Assembly: GCA_013115145.1 (NCBI GenBank)
Contig: JAAPAO010000015.1
Coordinates: 1-64,000 of the forward strand
Direction of reading: 5' to 3'
Length of the DNA: 64,000 bases
Source: Perkinsus chesapeaki ATCC PRA-425
Taxonomy: Eukaryota > Protista > Perkinsozoa
Positions within the stretch are counted from its first letter, which is position 1, and every line of letters starts with the position of its first letter. Under the pieces are notes generated by a model, which made no database searches, had not been told where the DNA came from, and saw only the letters and a list, made by a program, of their open reading frames with translations. Both the position numbers and the translations under genes were made by a program. Positions 47,126 to 58,247 of the stretch are shown here, piece after piece.

Positions 47126-48725
47126 ATGTGTTTCATCTCCCTCAACAATCATACCGATACCTCTGCCTTCCCGCCGCTTGTCAACCGTTGGACTGAATTT
47201 GATCCCTTAGAGGAAGTAAGCGCCTCCCTGCACTTCCTCTGATCGTTATCTCAGATAGTTGTGGGTAGGGCCGATGGCGGCTGCTTCCCTCCCCATGAGC
47301 CAGCCTGCCAAGCCGAGTTCCAAGACCAGTGAGCATCACTATCATCTGTGGACGTGGTGTCCGATATAATGGCAGGTACACTCCCCAAGGCCCCACTATG
47401 TCTCATCCGTTCTCGGAATACATTCCCTGGCCGACCGGTCCTAAACTTCAGCGTACTATAGATGCAGCTAACGAGCAAATGGACGGGCTGCAAGAGGTAG
47501 ATTAGACTCCCGTTTCGTTTGCCCATTTGCCTTTGAAGGTTCTCGAAGGGGAAGGTGTGGTTGTGAGGAGGCCGGACGCCGCTCGGTGCAACTTTAATGT
47601 GTTCACCAAGACGCCGGACTTCAAATGTGTTAACCAATACGGTGCAGGTTGCCCAAGGGATCTGATGATCACTGTGGGGAACGAAATTCTGGAGGCCCCG
47701 ATGAGCAAGCGGTCTCGGTAGGCCTAGGAGGAAAGTTCCCCTCACCAGACGACGGTTTCAGATTCTTCGAGTATCGCCCGTACAGGAAACTATGTCGCTA
47801 CTACTTTGACAATGACCCGAGGATGGTTTGGTCATGTGCTCCAAAGCCTCTTATGGAAGATGCTTCCTATAACGCAGGTTTCTGGGAGCTCAGTGATGAG
47901 CAGCGAATTGTGAGACTATCGCCCGTCTGTCGCGCATGAGCGTTCCCTTCAGGCTCAGCGATATGAGTATAAATATTGTTGTAACGAAAATGAGATATTC
48001 TTCGACGCCGCTGACATCTTGGTGATTGGTGATGTCATTTTCGTACAACATTCAATGACCACTAATCTGACTGCCATCCGATGGCTTAAGCGACATTTCG
48101 AGCCAAAAGGATTTACAGTACCACATTGTCATTGCTATCTCCCCTATGCTTCGATCAGGTCCGCACTCTGCACTTTCCGTACGATCTTTATCCGGCACAT
48201 ATCGATGCTACTTTCGTCTGTCTACGTCCTGGGCTTATGCTCACTAATCCCGATAGGCCGGTTGTTCGAGAGGAGGCTCAGATCTTCAAACAAAATGATT
48301 GGCGTATGGTGGACGTAAGTTTGCGCGCCGTCCCCAATTGTGGCGTATTCCCATCCTTTCAGGTGCCAATGTGGTCTGCCAAGGAGGAACATCCAATTCT
48401 TTGTCAATCCACCCGATGGCTTTCAATGAACGTTCTATCTGTGACTTCTGATAAGATTATTATTGAAGATGGCGAAGATGCCACGAAAAGGTTCTTCGAG
48501 GAAGATCTCGGCTATGACGTTATCGGCGTTCCATACCGCAAAGTTTTCGAATTCGGAGGTTCCCTCCACTGTTCCACGTGGGATGTCCGCCGCAGTGGAA
48601 GCAAGAGGAGCTTCTTCTCGGAGACTCTCGGTAAGCTACACCGCGCCATCGAGTACACTGCGGGAGATGTTTCCTTAGGTTGTGAGGAAGATATCGGCAT
48701 GACCAGTTTGACTTCACTTCCTTGA
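47126..48725 (+). CDS. L-arginine amidinotransferase (AGAT/CyrA-like family), multi-exon
   Basis: WTEFDPLEEIVVGRA, EGVVVRRPD, PRDLMITVGNEILEAPM..RSRFFEYR, FDAAD (Asp), HIDAT (His), WLSMNVL and GGSLHC (Cys). Confidence 0.92.
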
Positions 48726-49066
48726 AAAGTTTGACCCCGAGGTTCACACAATGATTCAAATAACTTTCTCTTTTTTCCCCACCAATTCTGGAACACGAGG
48801 ATGCTCATGCGAAGTTTTACGTAGCGTCTGACACCATCGTGCTGGCTGCTTTCGTCTTAACGCATTCCTTTTTACTCTGTCACACCTCGCACTGTTCTTG
48901 TGTTTACAAGTATTTATCGAGGCGTCAATGCCGATGAAGCAACTAGGGAGTCCGACCTATTACAGAGTGACAGCGGTCATCTAACCAACCCGATTCGATG
49001 GCATTGGGTAACTCCTCCGCCCATAGACTCATCACACACAACAAGTATAAGAAAATAAAGTACGGC

Positions 49067-50450
49067 TTAACATGTACATTTGGTAGATGCTTGCCGCCTA
49101 ACTAGGCGATTAACTTCACGCGATAGGTAATTAGCTTCTTCGGCAAGTAAATCACTAAGTGCTCTGCGATGCTTCAAAAGTCTCTGCGACGACACGAAGT
49201 GAATACAACAGGGCGAAACGATGATACCTGATGACGAGCGTCCTTTAAGGAGAGGTCCTCCGCAGCTCGGGCTTTATAATCTTCATCAATCCTCTCTCTA
49301 CTTCTATTGAACTTTGTATGTTTCTCCGTCCACTCAATTCCCTATTCACAATACCATTGCCATAATACACCATCACTGTTGCCAACACTCTGTTGGTTAC
49401 ATGTAACGTCTGGAACAAGTGTCTTTCCTTTGCTTGTCTCTCCTGCCGCCGGAGGGCCGATTCCTCTGCTGCCAGCTGCCGGGCGAAATGGTCAATCGAA
49501 GTGCTTTCAAGTGCCGCTTCTCGCTCCTGCCGAGCCTTCAATGCACTTACGTGTTTTGGAATATCTGATCCGGCTTGAATTTCCTGCTTCTCGCCCTTCT
49601 TCTAGCCCACCTCGCCCAACCAATGCCGCCCATCTTGCAGATCTCAGCTGCACCAAATTTTCTGCCGTCCGATCCTTCCTGGAAAGTCCATCCCCGACCC
49701 GTAGGCGGAAGTCTGCTTCCAACGAGTTTGTCTATGCGAGAGCTAATAGTCCTTTAACTGCTGCCTTTAGCTCACCCGCTGCAAAGCCTTCTGGTGTCGA
49801 CCACACCATCCTTCTTGGCCCACCCTGTTGATTATCGAACGCTCGAGTGCCATCCTCTCCTGCCATGAACTTCAATGGAATGCAGAGCCTGATGCTGGCA
49901 GGCTACCTGTCTGCGAATGGCCTGCATCTCCTTCTTGGCTATCTCCACCTCCAACTGCTTCAAGCATTGTTCTTTGGCTTCCTCTTGTACTTGTAAACTC
50001 CGTATCTGCTTCTTGTGCTCCATTCGACACAAGGAGGCACGCAACATCTGTCATGTAACGTACACTATTCAACCGCTTTAAGGATCGCCTCCTCTGGATC
50101 TGCCACACCTCGGCCGGCGCTGTCGAGTAGAACAGAGAAGGCATCGGAGAATATCAATGACAACCAAAGCAGCTTAATTGACAACCCAAATGAAAACAAT
50201 CTGGCAGAAACTAACGCATGGCAACGGTGACATTATCAGTGCCTTGAAGACTCTGGAGGAGCAGGAGCAAACTTCTGCGTGCTCACGTACTCCTTATCGA
50301 TGCTATGATAGACGGGAAGCTCCGCCAACTTAGCCGCGTCATCGTCATCGTCATCTGAAGTAACGATATGAAGCGTATTAAGCGGGGAGGGTTACCTCTC
50401 CCAGCGACCGGCAGCCACCACACCATAGAGAGAACGAATATCATTAAAAA
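49067..50450 (-). CDS. Multi-exon coiled-coil protein, unassigned (TPH-domain/ciliary-like); start uncertain
   Basis: R/E/Q-rich helical exons (EADFRLRVGDGLSRKDRTAENL, ARQLAAEESALRRQERQAKER); the last exon ends RALSDLLAEEANYLSREVNRLVRRQASTKCTC*. Confidence 0.45.
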
Positions 50451-50699
50451 GCTTAAATAATATAAGGCGAAGGTCCTGAGGGTTGGTGATGACGGATTGT
50501 AATGGACAAAGGATGTATAATAGAAAATAATGAGACTCTCGAAAGTGAGGAATGCCGAGGGAAGTGAACTGGATGATAAGTAAAATCATTTTTAACATTG
50601 TCTAATAGTAATTCTCAACAAGAACGCTTGTGAGGCGATACCCCCGTTAAGTGTAGCCTAATTCGTCCCTGTTTGGCATATAAGAATGCAAAGGATCCC

Positions 50700-51861
50700 T
50701 CATCGCTTGGAGCCTTTAAGGACTAATTGAAGCTTTATGGTGACGATTAAGATGATAACGTTTATGGATACTTCCTCAGTAACAAGTCCGCACCATTATC
50801 ATCGTGTCTCCATTACCCTATCTCATCCTGCTTCTGAGCAAACGACTCGAACTTCCAGTACTCAGCCGGATTCACCATACTGAGATCGTCAATAGTATGC
50901 AGCTTTCGTCGACTAAGCCGCCCCTTTAAGGATCCAACCATCCTTTTGTCCGATGCGATCCCCTCGGCGCCCTCGCTAGACGTGGAGGCTTGCTGAGGAG
51001 CTTGCCTTCCGAATCGATGAACACGTGACGAGAACCATCGAGCAGGAGCTGAGCCAACAGTGTTTCATCACCGGCCACTTGTGGGGCACGCTTGAATTTC
51101 GGATTTTTAAATGACCGGGTAGCACCCCTCTTCACTACCTCTGCCTATTGCCATGCTCCGCAAGGGTAACATGAGGAGCAACTAGGGAGGGATAACTGTT
51201 GAATATTGCCCTTAATACCGAACCTTCAACAACCCTCTCAACAAAACAAACTGTTTGGTAATGACATCGTTTGTACAGGATTGCATGGTTCACGAATGTC
51301 CGAGTATCCTACTGGTTGTGGCTCGGTCTCGCTGTCGGCTGAGCTCCGCTGAGTAACTGAGTTGAATATCTGCTAATAGAGGTGGTAGGGACCTACTCGT
51401 CGGCAACCTTCTTTTGCCGGCGGGACAAATTAGTTTCCCCATCGGGCGAGGCTATGTAATTCCCTCGCAACACTGATAACAGGAAGCATTCTTAAACACC
51501 GTTATTTCCTATTTACATATATCATTTTCCGCCAAGCCATTGGTCGATGTTCCGCCCGGTTCGAGTGTGTTAGCTGCATTAGGATCGGTTGATACGAACG
51601 GTTGGTTGTGGGCAACGGCAGTACTGAGCACAGTTTCAGTAAAGAAACTGGTTGATTGTTGAATCTTACAAGCCTTCTTTAGCCATACCACGTGGGCCCG
51701 GTACGACCCCACATCCGATATGATTTGGTGACGCGTAGCAATGGTTCCTCATAAGGGCCAGTATTGTGGAGAGGAGGCAAGATGGAAAAGCCACACTGTC
51801 CGGGTTCGAACCCGAGTCGCTCGAAGGCGAAAGGGTTTCTCACGCGCCCTAAATTAACCAT
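50700..51861 (-). CDS. Hypothetical multi-exon protein
   Basis: ATG at 51861 (MVNLGRVRNPFAFERLGFEPG), followed by short ORF blocks separated by GT-AG-like segments; no family recognised. Confidence 0.35.
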
Positions 51862-51885
51862 TTCGTACGCAAAAACAAATTGGTC

Positions 51886-52665
51886 ATGAGCAGCATGTTA
51901 CTTGTTGTGATTATCGCCGCCGCTTTGGGTGTGAATGGTCTCAGTGGTAAGGCTAACGACGAGACCATCCTCCGATTACTGGCCGGTCCTGTACCGTTCT
52001 CGTTCCCACCAAACTGCACCAAGGCCCATAAACCAGCAGACTCGCCATTCTGTGCAACTGGATTTTTGGATATCGGGCTTAAGTGGGTCCTAAACTTTGA
52101 TACCTACATATTTGACGTATTTGAACCAGACAAGACAGTCCTGTTCGGCTTGAATGCAACCATTAACAGAGGTATGCCCGAGGGACTAGACGTCCGAACT
52201 GGCGGTTGTGCGGTGCCAGCCTACTATGATGCACTCGATTTCTTATCCCCTAATCTTTGGCAAGTTGCTAGCAAAGTGTGTACAGCAGATGGCGGCCCTG
52301 GCAAGTATGATCCATCAACCAAAGGTTATACGGCCGAATTCGTTGTCTCTGGTGATACGGGTGTGTACAGCTACGGTAAAAGATCAGCATTGCCGTTCAT
52401 ACCTTTCAATGCTACTGGGCACGCCTATATCAATCCACACTTCGACGTGGGATTGAATGTGACGGTCGCGGACTCAGGCGGTAGCCCCGAGCTACTCCAG
52501 ATCACTCTCAAGCTCACCAATACTATTAACTCCGTGAATGGTTCTCTATTCACTTGGCATTTGTTCAGCGGATTTAGCTTCGATGTTTACAGCACTCAAA
52601 CTGGGCATAGAACATACAGTAGGACATTGTTTGATAAAACTATACAGATCAAGTCTCCTTCATAG
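51886..52665 (+). CDS. Intronless secreted protein of unknown function
   Basis: 259-aa ORF with signal peptide MSSMLLVVIIAAALGVNG, 4 Cys and beta-strand-like periodicity. Confidence 0.75.
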   Translation: MSSMLLVVIIAAALGVNGLSGKANDETILRLLAGPVPFSFPPNCTKAHKPADSPFCATGFLDIGLKWVLNFDTYIFDVFEPDKTVLFGLNATINRGMPEGLDVRTGGCAVPAYYDALDFLSPNLWQVASKVCTADGGPGKYDPSTKGYTAEFVVSGDTGVYSYGKRSALPFIPFNATGHAYINPHFDVGLNVTVADSGGSPELLQITLKLTNTINSVNGSLFTWHLFSGFSFDVYSTQTGHRTYSRTLFDKTIQIKSPS

Positions 52666-53264
52666 AATGGTCCTGACGTGATCGCTACCTATAGCTTTAT
52701 AAAATCCCAGAGGTCCTTACATCCAATATGGTTCTTAAACTTCCCCTCCCTCCTTCAACTATGGACCCTTCATTTCTGCGGACCCACCTTTTCTCTGATC
52801 GAAGAGATAGTAATGTATTATGTTGTCGTGGTCTTAGTACGTTTTTCATCGGCAGTGGGTATCTCCATTAAGAGCATTTGTTGCCAACTGTTCGTCGCGT
52901 CCCTTAATTATTTTCAGTCTAGATCTCATCGTGTTGCGCTAACCAGTTGAAAGTCATGTTATGATTGGCGTCGAAATCTCCTGCCCTACCGTCACATAAA
53001 ACGAAGATGCTAATGTACCGATGTCTCGGCAGTAGAGCCTCAGGCAGAAAGATATTATAAACCAGCGGCGTACTACGAGCCTATTTTTACTAAGATATGG
53101 CGGTTGACAGTGTTACCTCCCACAGAATCCTCTGGATATGTATTCCCCTAGACAGGAATTCTAACTCGCCAAAACACAATACGAGTACATAGAGAAATAG
53201 TCAATTGACTATTGGCCGAGACAGCCTGGATATATACGAATATACTTATAACGACGAGACAGGA

Positions 53265-54140
53265 TTAGGGAGCGGGTGAAGTTGCTTCACACACGCTAGG
53301 TCCACAATGCTGATCACCGTATAGGCAAGTTGGGACTGTAAGCCACCACTTACAGTACGATTCACGATCACCATTAACAGTGGGATTCTTCTCCACACAA
53401 TAAGAATCACAAGCTGGGCTATGCCCACTGTGTGCATCCTCCGGAACTTCTGGAGGAGCAGATGTACCCGAGGGGCAGTCGCCGACACCGCAGGATTGGT
53501 TACCAGCTTGGCAAACGGGTTCATCCTTCCACCATTTACAGTATGATCCCTCACCATTCAAGCTTACACAGTACGCATTGCACGGGGCCGACTCATAAGG
53601 ATGAGATCCAGCAGGTCTAGAGGGCTTAGGAGCTGGGGGCCAAGTTTGAGATGTGCACACAGAGTGATCGCCACATGCCTGATCTCCTCCAAGGCAAGTC
53701 GGTATTGGCATCCACCACTTGCAGTAAGAAGCTTCGTCATTCAGGCTCTGGCACATCACATCACAAGCCGGTTCGAAGGAACCATCACCAGCTGGAGCGT
53801 CCACAACAGTCGTTGGGGTAACCGTGTCACCACATAGCTCGAAAGTTCCGCAAGGCTGGTCACCGATGAAACATGAGGGCGCGGCGATGGTTGTTTTGCA
53901 GTAGGACTTCTCGCCATTCAGCTGCTGGCAGTAGGCGTTGCAAGTGTTTTGCAAAGCGGCAGGATCAGGGGTTGTTGTAACCGAGGCGGCCGTCGAAACT
54001 GCAGAGGTTACGGTCGACACTTCAGCGTCAGTGGTAGAGATCGAGGAGGTGGTTACTAAAGTAGTGGTCGTGGCATCTTGCAGCAAACGTCCGCTAGCCG
54101 ACGCCAAAGCAAGAGTGAAGGAAAAGAAGGACAGAGTCAT
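53265..54140 (-). CDS. Secreted mucin-like protein with four 6-Cys repeats
   Basis: Signal peptide, Thr/Ser-rich stalk, then 4 repeats of C-x3-C-x3-N...SYCK(WW)-x3-P-x-C-x2-G(D/N)Q-x-CG-x2-3-C separated by Pro-rich linkers. Confidence 0.85.
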   Translation of the reverse strand: MTLSFFSFTLALASASGRLLQDATTTTLVTTSSISTTDAEVSTVTSAVSTAASVTTTPDPAALQNTCNAYCQQLNGEKSYCKTTIAAPSCFIGDQPCGTFELCGDTVTPTTVVDAPAGDGSFEPACDVMCQSLNDEASYCKWWMPIPTCLGGDQACGDHSVCTSQTWPPAPKPSRPAGSHPYESAPCNAYCVSLNGEGSYCKWWKDEPVCQAGNQSCGVGDCPSGTSAPPEVPEDAHSGHSPACDSYCVEKNPTVNGDRESYCKWWLTVPTCLYGDQHCGPSVCEATSPAP

Positions 54141-54306
54141 TAGATACGAAAGTGTATATATAAAATATCTGCAGGAGATGGAACAGAGCGAATATGGAAT
54201 TACAACAAGTATTGTATCGTCATATCTTTTACTAGGGGTTTCAGAGAAATAAAACGCCCGAAAGATACTCTAAAGATACCCCGTGCATGCGCTCGCCACA
54301 AATCTT

Positions 54307-57300
54307 TCAAGCGCGAAAATCATGGCTCCGTAGAGCCCTTTCGACACCACCATATAAATTCGCAGTGAAATCGACCCCTAACGTGACGCAGAAAACATGT
54401 GGGTGACCGTTATTTCGAAACACGTTTGTCACGAGTATGTCGCCTACTCTGTCTTGTACTAAACCCGATACCAGAATCGATTGACATGGTCTGTCCAAAA
54501 ACAGGCCGTTGCACTTTCGTGTAGGGGAAGGCTGTTGCGACCTGATAAAGATATCTGTCTGACGCAACTCTGAGACGAACTACGTCTGTCGTGGCGTCAC
54601 AGTGTATCGTTTTCTCCAAATCGATAACATCGGTAATCATTTCCTCCGTAGCGCGTCCTTCTGCACGAATCCGGTCGAAAGCCGTGGACAGCGTGGGGAT
54701 CTGAAAGCATCATAGCAAATGTGGTACAGTCAATAGTGTGCAAGTAAGATTGCTAATCAAGTCCCGCTGTAAGAGCGGCAGCGTTGAGACGAGAGACATA
54801 CCCAAGATTCCTCCAGGAACTGGCATGCTCCGTACACTTGTCTCCTGAAGAAAGGAATGTGAACAAAACCGAAACAAGTGGCGGCATCGAAAGTTTCTGG
54901 ACCAGAAGAACTACTTATGACGATTCGCACATCGAGGACGATGCCAGCGTGCGGGAAGTATAGTCAGCTGGCTCCATTTTGCGTCTGACACGTACCTTAA
55001 TTCTGCATTATTCTCCCTTAGGGATTCTATTTGCTTTTCAATCTCGGTGATGGTGGGGCCTCGGACCCTGCTATCGGCACATTTGATATCTATTTCGTAT
55101 AACTCCGCAATGAAAGCAGCAAGATACTAAAGAAGAGCAACCCCGTCCCATCGTGCCTGGCATGCCCGAAGCTTACTCGTTCTGCGCGCTCGATGTCGTA
55201 CTCGGCAGCTTTGGTTTTCTCTTCGGCCTCCTTTGCTTCAGCCGCGGTGGCTACTTGCCACTGCTGCCGGTCATGACATGTTTTCTGCATCTCTCGGTCA
55301 ATTGCCTGGATCTTCTCGCGTGTGTTCGATTTATCTGAATATGAGTAGAAAATGACTGAGTCAAGTCGCGCGTGCTCTACGGCGTTCTAAAGTGGATATG
55401 TCTCCCTTGATTCTGATCTGCTCGTCCATAATTATCTCTGCTCTTTCGCTGCCTTTGACACTTTTCATCTTCATGTTCCTCGTGAACCAGGAAAGATCAG
55501 TCTGTGGACGACCAAACGCATAAACAAGCAAATCGAGTTAGTAATTCACTTTGAAGTCCGAAAGAATATCTTTCAGTTTCTTGAGCTTGCTCACTTGACG
55601 GTTCAACTCGTATATGCATTGCCGTGTCTGCCACGCGACGCATTGCGGCTAACGCATCCAACGCTAGCGTACCACGTGCCGCTGGTGACGAACCCATTTC
55701 TCATCCTCGTAAACTCCTAACATCTTCAACGTGAAGTCCTTCAGTTCTCCGAGAGCTGCAGTATAACCAATGCAATGAATTTGGTTGTTCATCCGAAATG
55801 CACACCCCTTTGCCGCGGCGTCACTGTAGTCCCCAAAATGTAGTCCTCCCACTGTTTGCAAGCATGCAGGAACTTGCTATCCCAGCCTTTCATTCGCCCA
55901 CTAGGATCACCGAGGACATCTCGCTCTCTTGCCAGTTTAGAGAGGACTTTCTTCAAGTCGTCAAATGCGTGGTCTACAAATGTGAAACCACGAGGTGGGT
56001 GTGGGAGAAGCGACGAATGCCCCGAGAGGCTGCGGCAAAATAGACGAGTAGGCGGAATATTCAACTGGCATCCAAGTCGACCGAGGGCGTACAACTGGGC
56101 TGGAGCAATAACGCATCCACTCACCAGTGTCCGCGAAGAGGTCGGTGTCTTCGGCTATGCTACCACCACGCGACGAGGTAGGCTACACAGCAAAAGGAAC
56201 TTTGGGAGGCAACTAGCATCTTGGGGACAACTATTGGAATTACTTTGACCATCTTGATTAAATGCATGAGATGGTGGAATTGAGCTCTGTCTACCTCGGT
56301 ACAAGGCCTGCAAGAGGGTTGCAGAAATTGACCTGACGGACTAAATTTTCTTATTATACGGGGTGATGTGGCCACCAAGGTCACTGTACTGGCGATCAAT
56401 GCCCGCGTCTGTGCACGCTGATGGCGGTGCCCTCTCCTTGCTGGTTTGAACTTGACGCATCTAAGTCATATGATGGATACGATATGATGGATTTAGCATC
56501 CCCCCCTTTTCACTGTCAGCTGCTCAGCGGTGTTAGATTCTTACCAGGTCGGTAAGCATCGGCTGAGTTATAGTATCAAAAGGGTGCTCCCCCAAACTGC
56601 GTATTAACGACCCCAACTCAAATGCATCCAGCGAGTTCGACTTGTCAATATCGAACAGGTCGAAAAGGTCGTCCCACTTCTTCCTCGTTTCGGGATCGAC
56701 ATCGTTCCTGCAAAGTCATACGCTAGAGCCTTCGGATTCAATCTACTCTAGAGCATCGCTACTGTGAGCATCCTCATCCCTCGCCTCCGCGTTCTCTGCT
56801 TGGTTGTTATCACGTAGGATGCTTGCCACGGCCTGATCGAGGGCGCTCCGCCTCAGACGCTTAGTTCCCGTTATTGAAACGTGAAGTCATATGAGAAGTT
56901 CATATAGTGTTTGCCCTCATGGTTAACAAAGGCCCTTTGTTAAAGGGTACTACTCACTTCTAGTGGTGAGATGTTTGCCTGTTGTTCATCGTCTGACATT
57001 TGGTTGGCAAGGTCCGTATTACTGAGTATCCTAATATCGCTACAGCATCGAATGTGTGTTTCTTATCCGTATTCGACTCTGTGCAACCAATCGTGTTCTA
57101 CAACATTTCATGCGTAACGCAATTCCTTGAAACTCATGAACCTTTTCAGTCACACTACGAGGGTCGGTTACGACCACCACATCCGATATCATTTGCAATG
57201 GCTTCTCATGAAGGCCAACAACTCGATTCTCTTCGTAACAACTAACGCAACGGCGGTACGGTGTTAGGCACAGGAATCGTTTGGTAGAGGGGGGCCAACC

Positions 57301-57500
57301 CAATGGTACTTAGAATCAAACAAATGGCAATAAAACGGGCAGCAACATGTATCGCTACTTACACTATGTAGACACTCGGGGCAAGTGGAGCCAGGTGACA
57401 GTGGAGAACGAGGCACCTGCAGCCGAAGCGATGACAGCTCGTACATCAGAGCCTTCCTTACCACCACCTCTACTATGCCACGTATTGTTAGCACTCTCAT
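54307..57500 (-). CDS. Multi-exon protein with a calmodulin-like EF-hand and coiled coil (5' extent uncertain; may be more than one gene)
   Basis: The exon at ~56545-56710 reads WDDLFDLFDIDKSNSLDAFELGSLIRSLGEHP; downstream exons are helical; the last exon ends GVERALRSHDFRA*. Confidence 0.45.
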
Positions 57501-58247
57501 GAAGGCAGGACGATACCGAGGCTTGCTGGGCCGGACTGGGGTCTGCTGGGCCTAGGGGTGGGTCTAGTTGCTATGTGGCGTACCTCTCTTACCTTTCTTT
57601 CGGGAATCCGGGGGTCGGAGGCTGAATCGTGGTCGCTAACCTGGAGGGTAGTAAAACTGATTATGTAGCTCCGAGTAAATCATGTCTCACATCCACAGGC
57701 TTCTCTGCCACCTCCGTCGCCCTACTAGGCGTGGGAGTACGGGGTGATTCTGCCAGGTTCCTCTTTGCCGCGGCGTGAGCGACATGCATGCCTGGCGTCT
57801 CCGAGTTCTGAAGTTGATAAGTGTATGTGGCTTGTTGACTACGTGTACCTTGTTCGCAAATGGCGGTGGCCCAGTTGCAGGCTTTGGTGGTTTATCAAGC
57901 TCTCGAAGATGTTTCCCATTCACACCAGAAGGTGGCTTTTCCGGCTCCGGAGCGTGCTCACCTCGAGTCAGGTCGGGTTCCTAAACAAAGGATCTTCGCC
58001 AATCACAAGCACTCATGTCTGAGTCATCCTTGGTCGACAGACCGGTAGCTCATAACTAACAGTTCGAATGACATCCAATTGCCAAGGATAAGAATAATAG
58101 ATAGGAGGTTCATCAGTTATACTAATTATTATAATATGAGACTAGTTAAACATAAGCATTTATAGAAGATATGATACTGGGTATTGAATAATAACATAAC
58201 TTAGTTTATTTAGTATTATATCACATACGTGCTATGGTACGAAAAGG

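Noticed and set aside
51801-51814. tRNA T-loop-like CGGGTTCGAACCCG
   Set aside because: The T-stem does not pair with a 7-nt loop, no D/anticodon arms or acceptor stem were found, and it lies in a probable coding exon.
57150-57215. AIANDIGCGGRN resembling the phosphodiesterase HDxxHxGxxN motif
   Set aside because: The metal-binding histidines are absent and the frame is closed by nearby stops.
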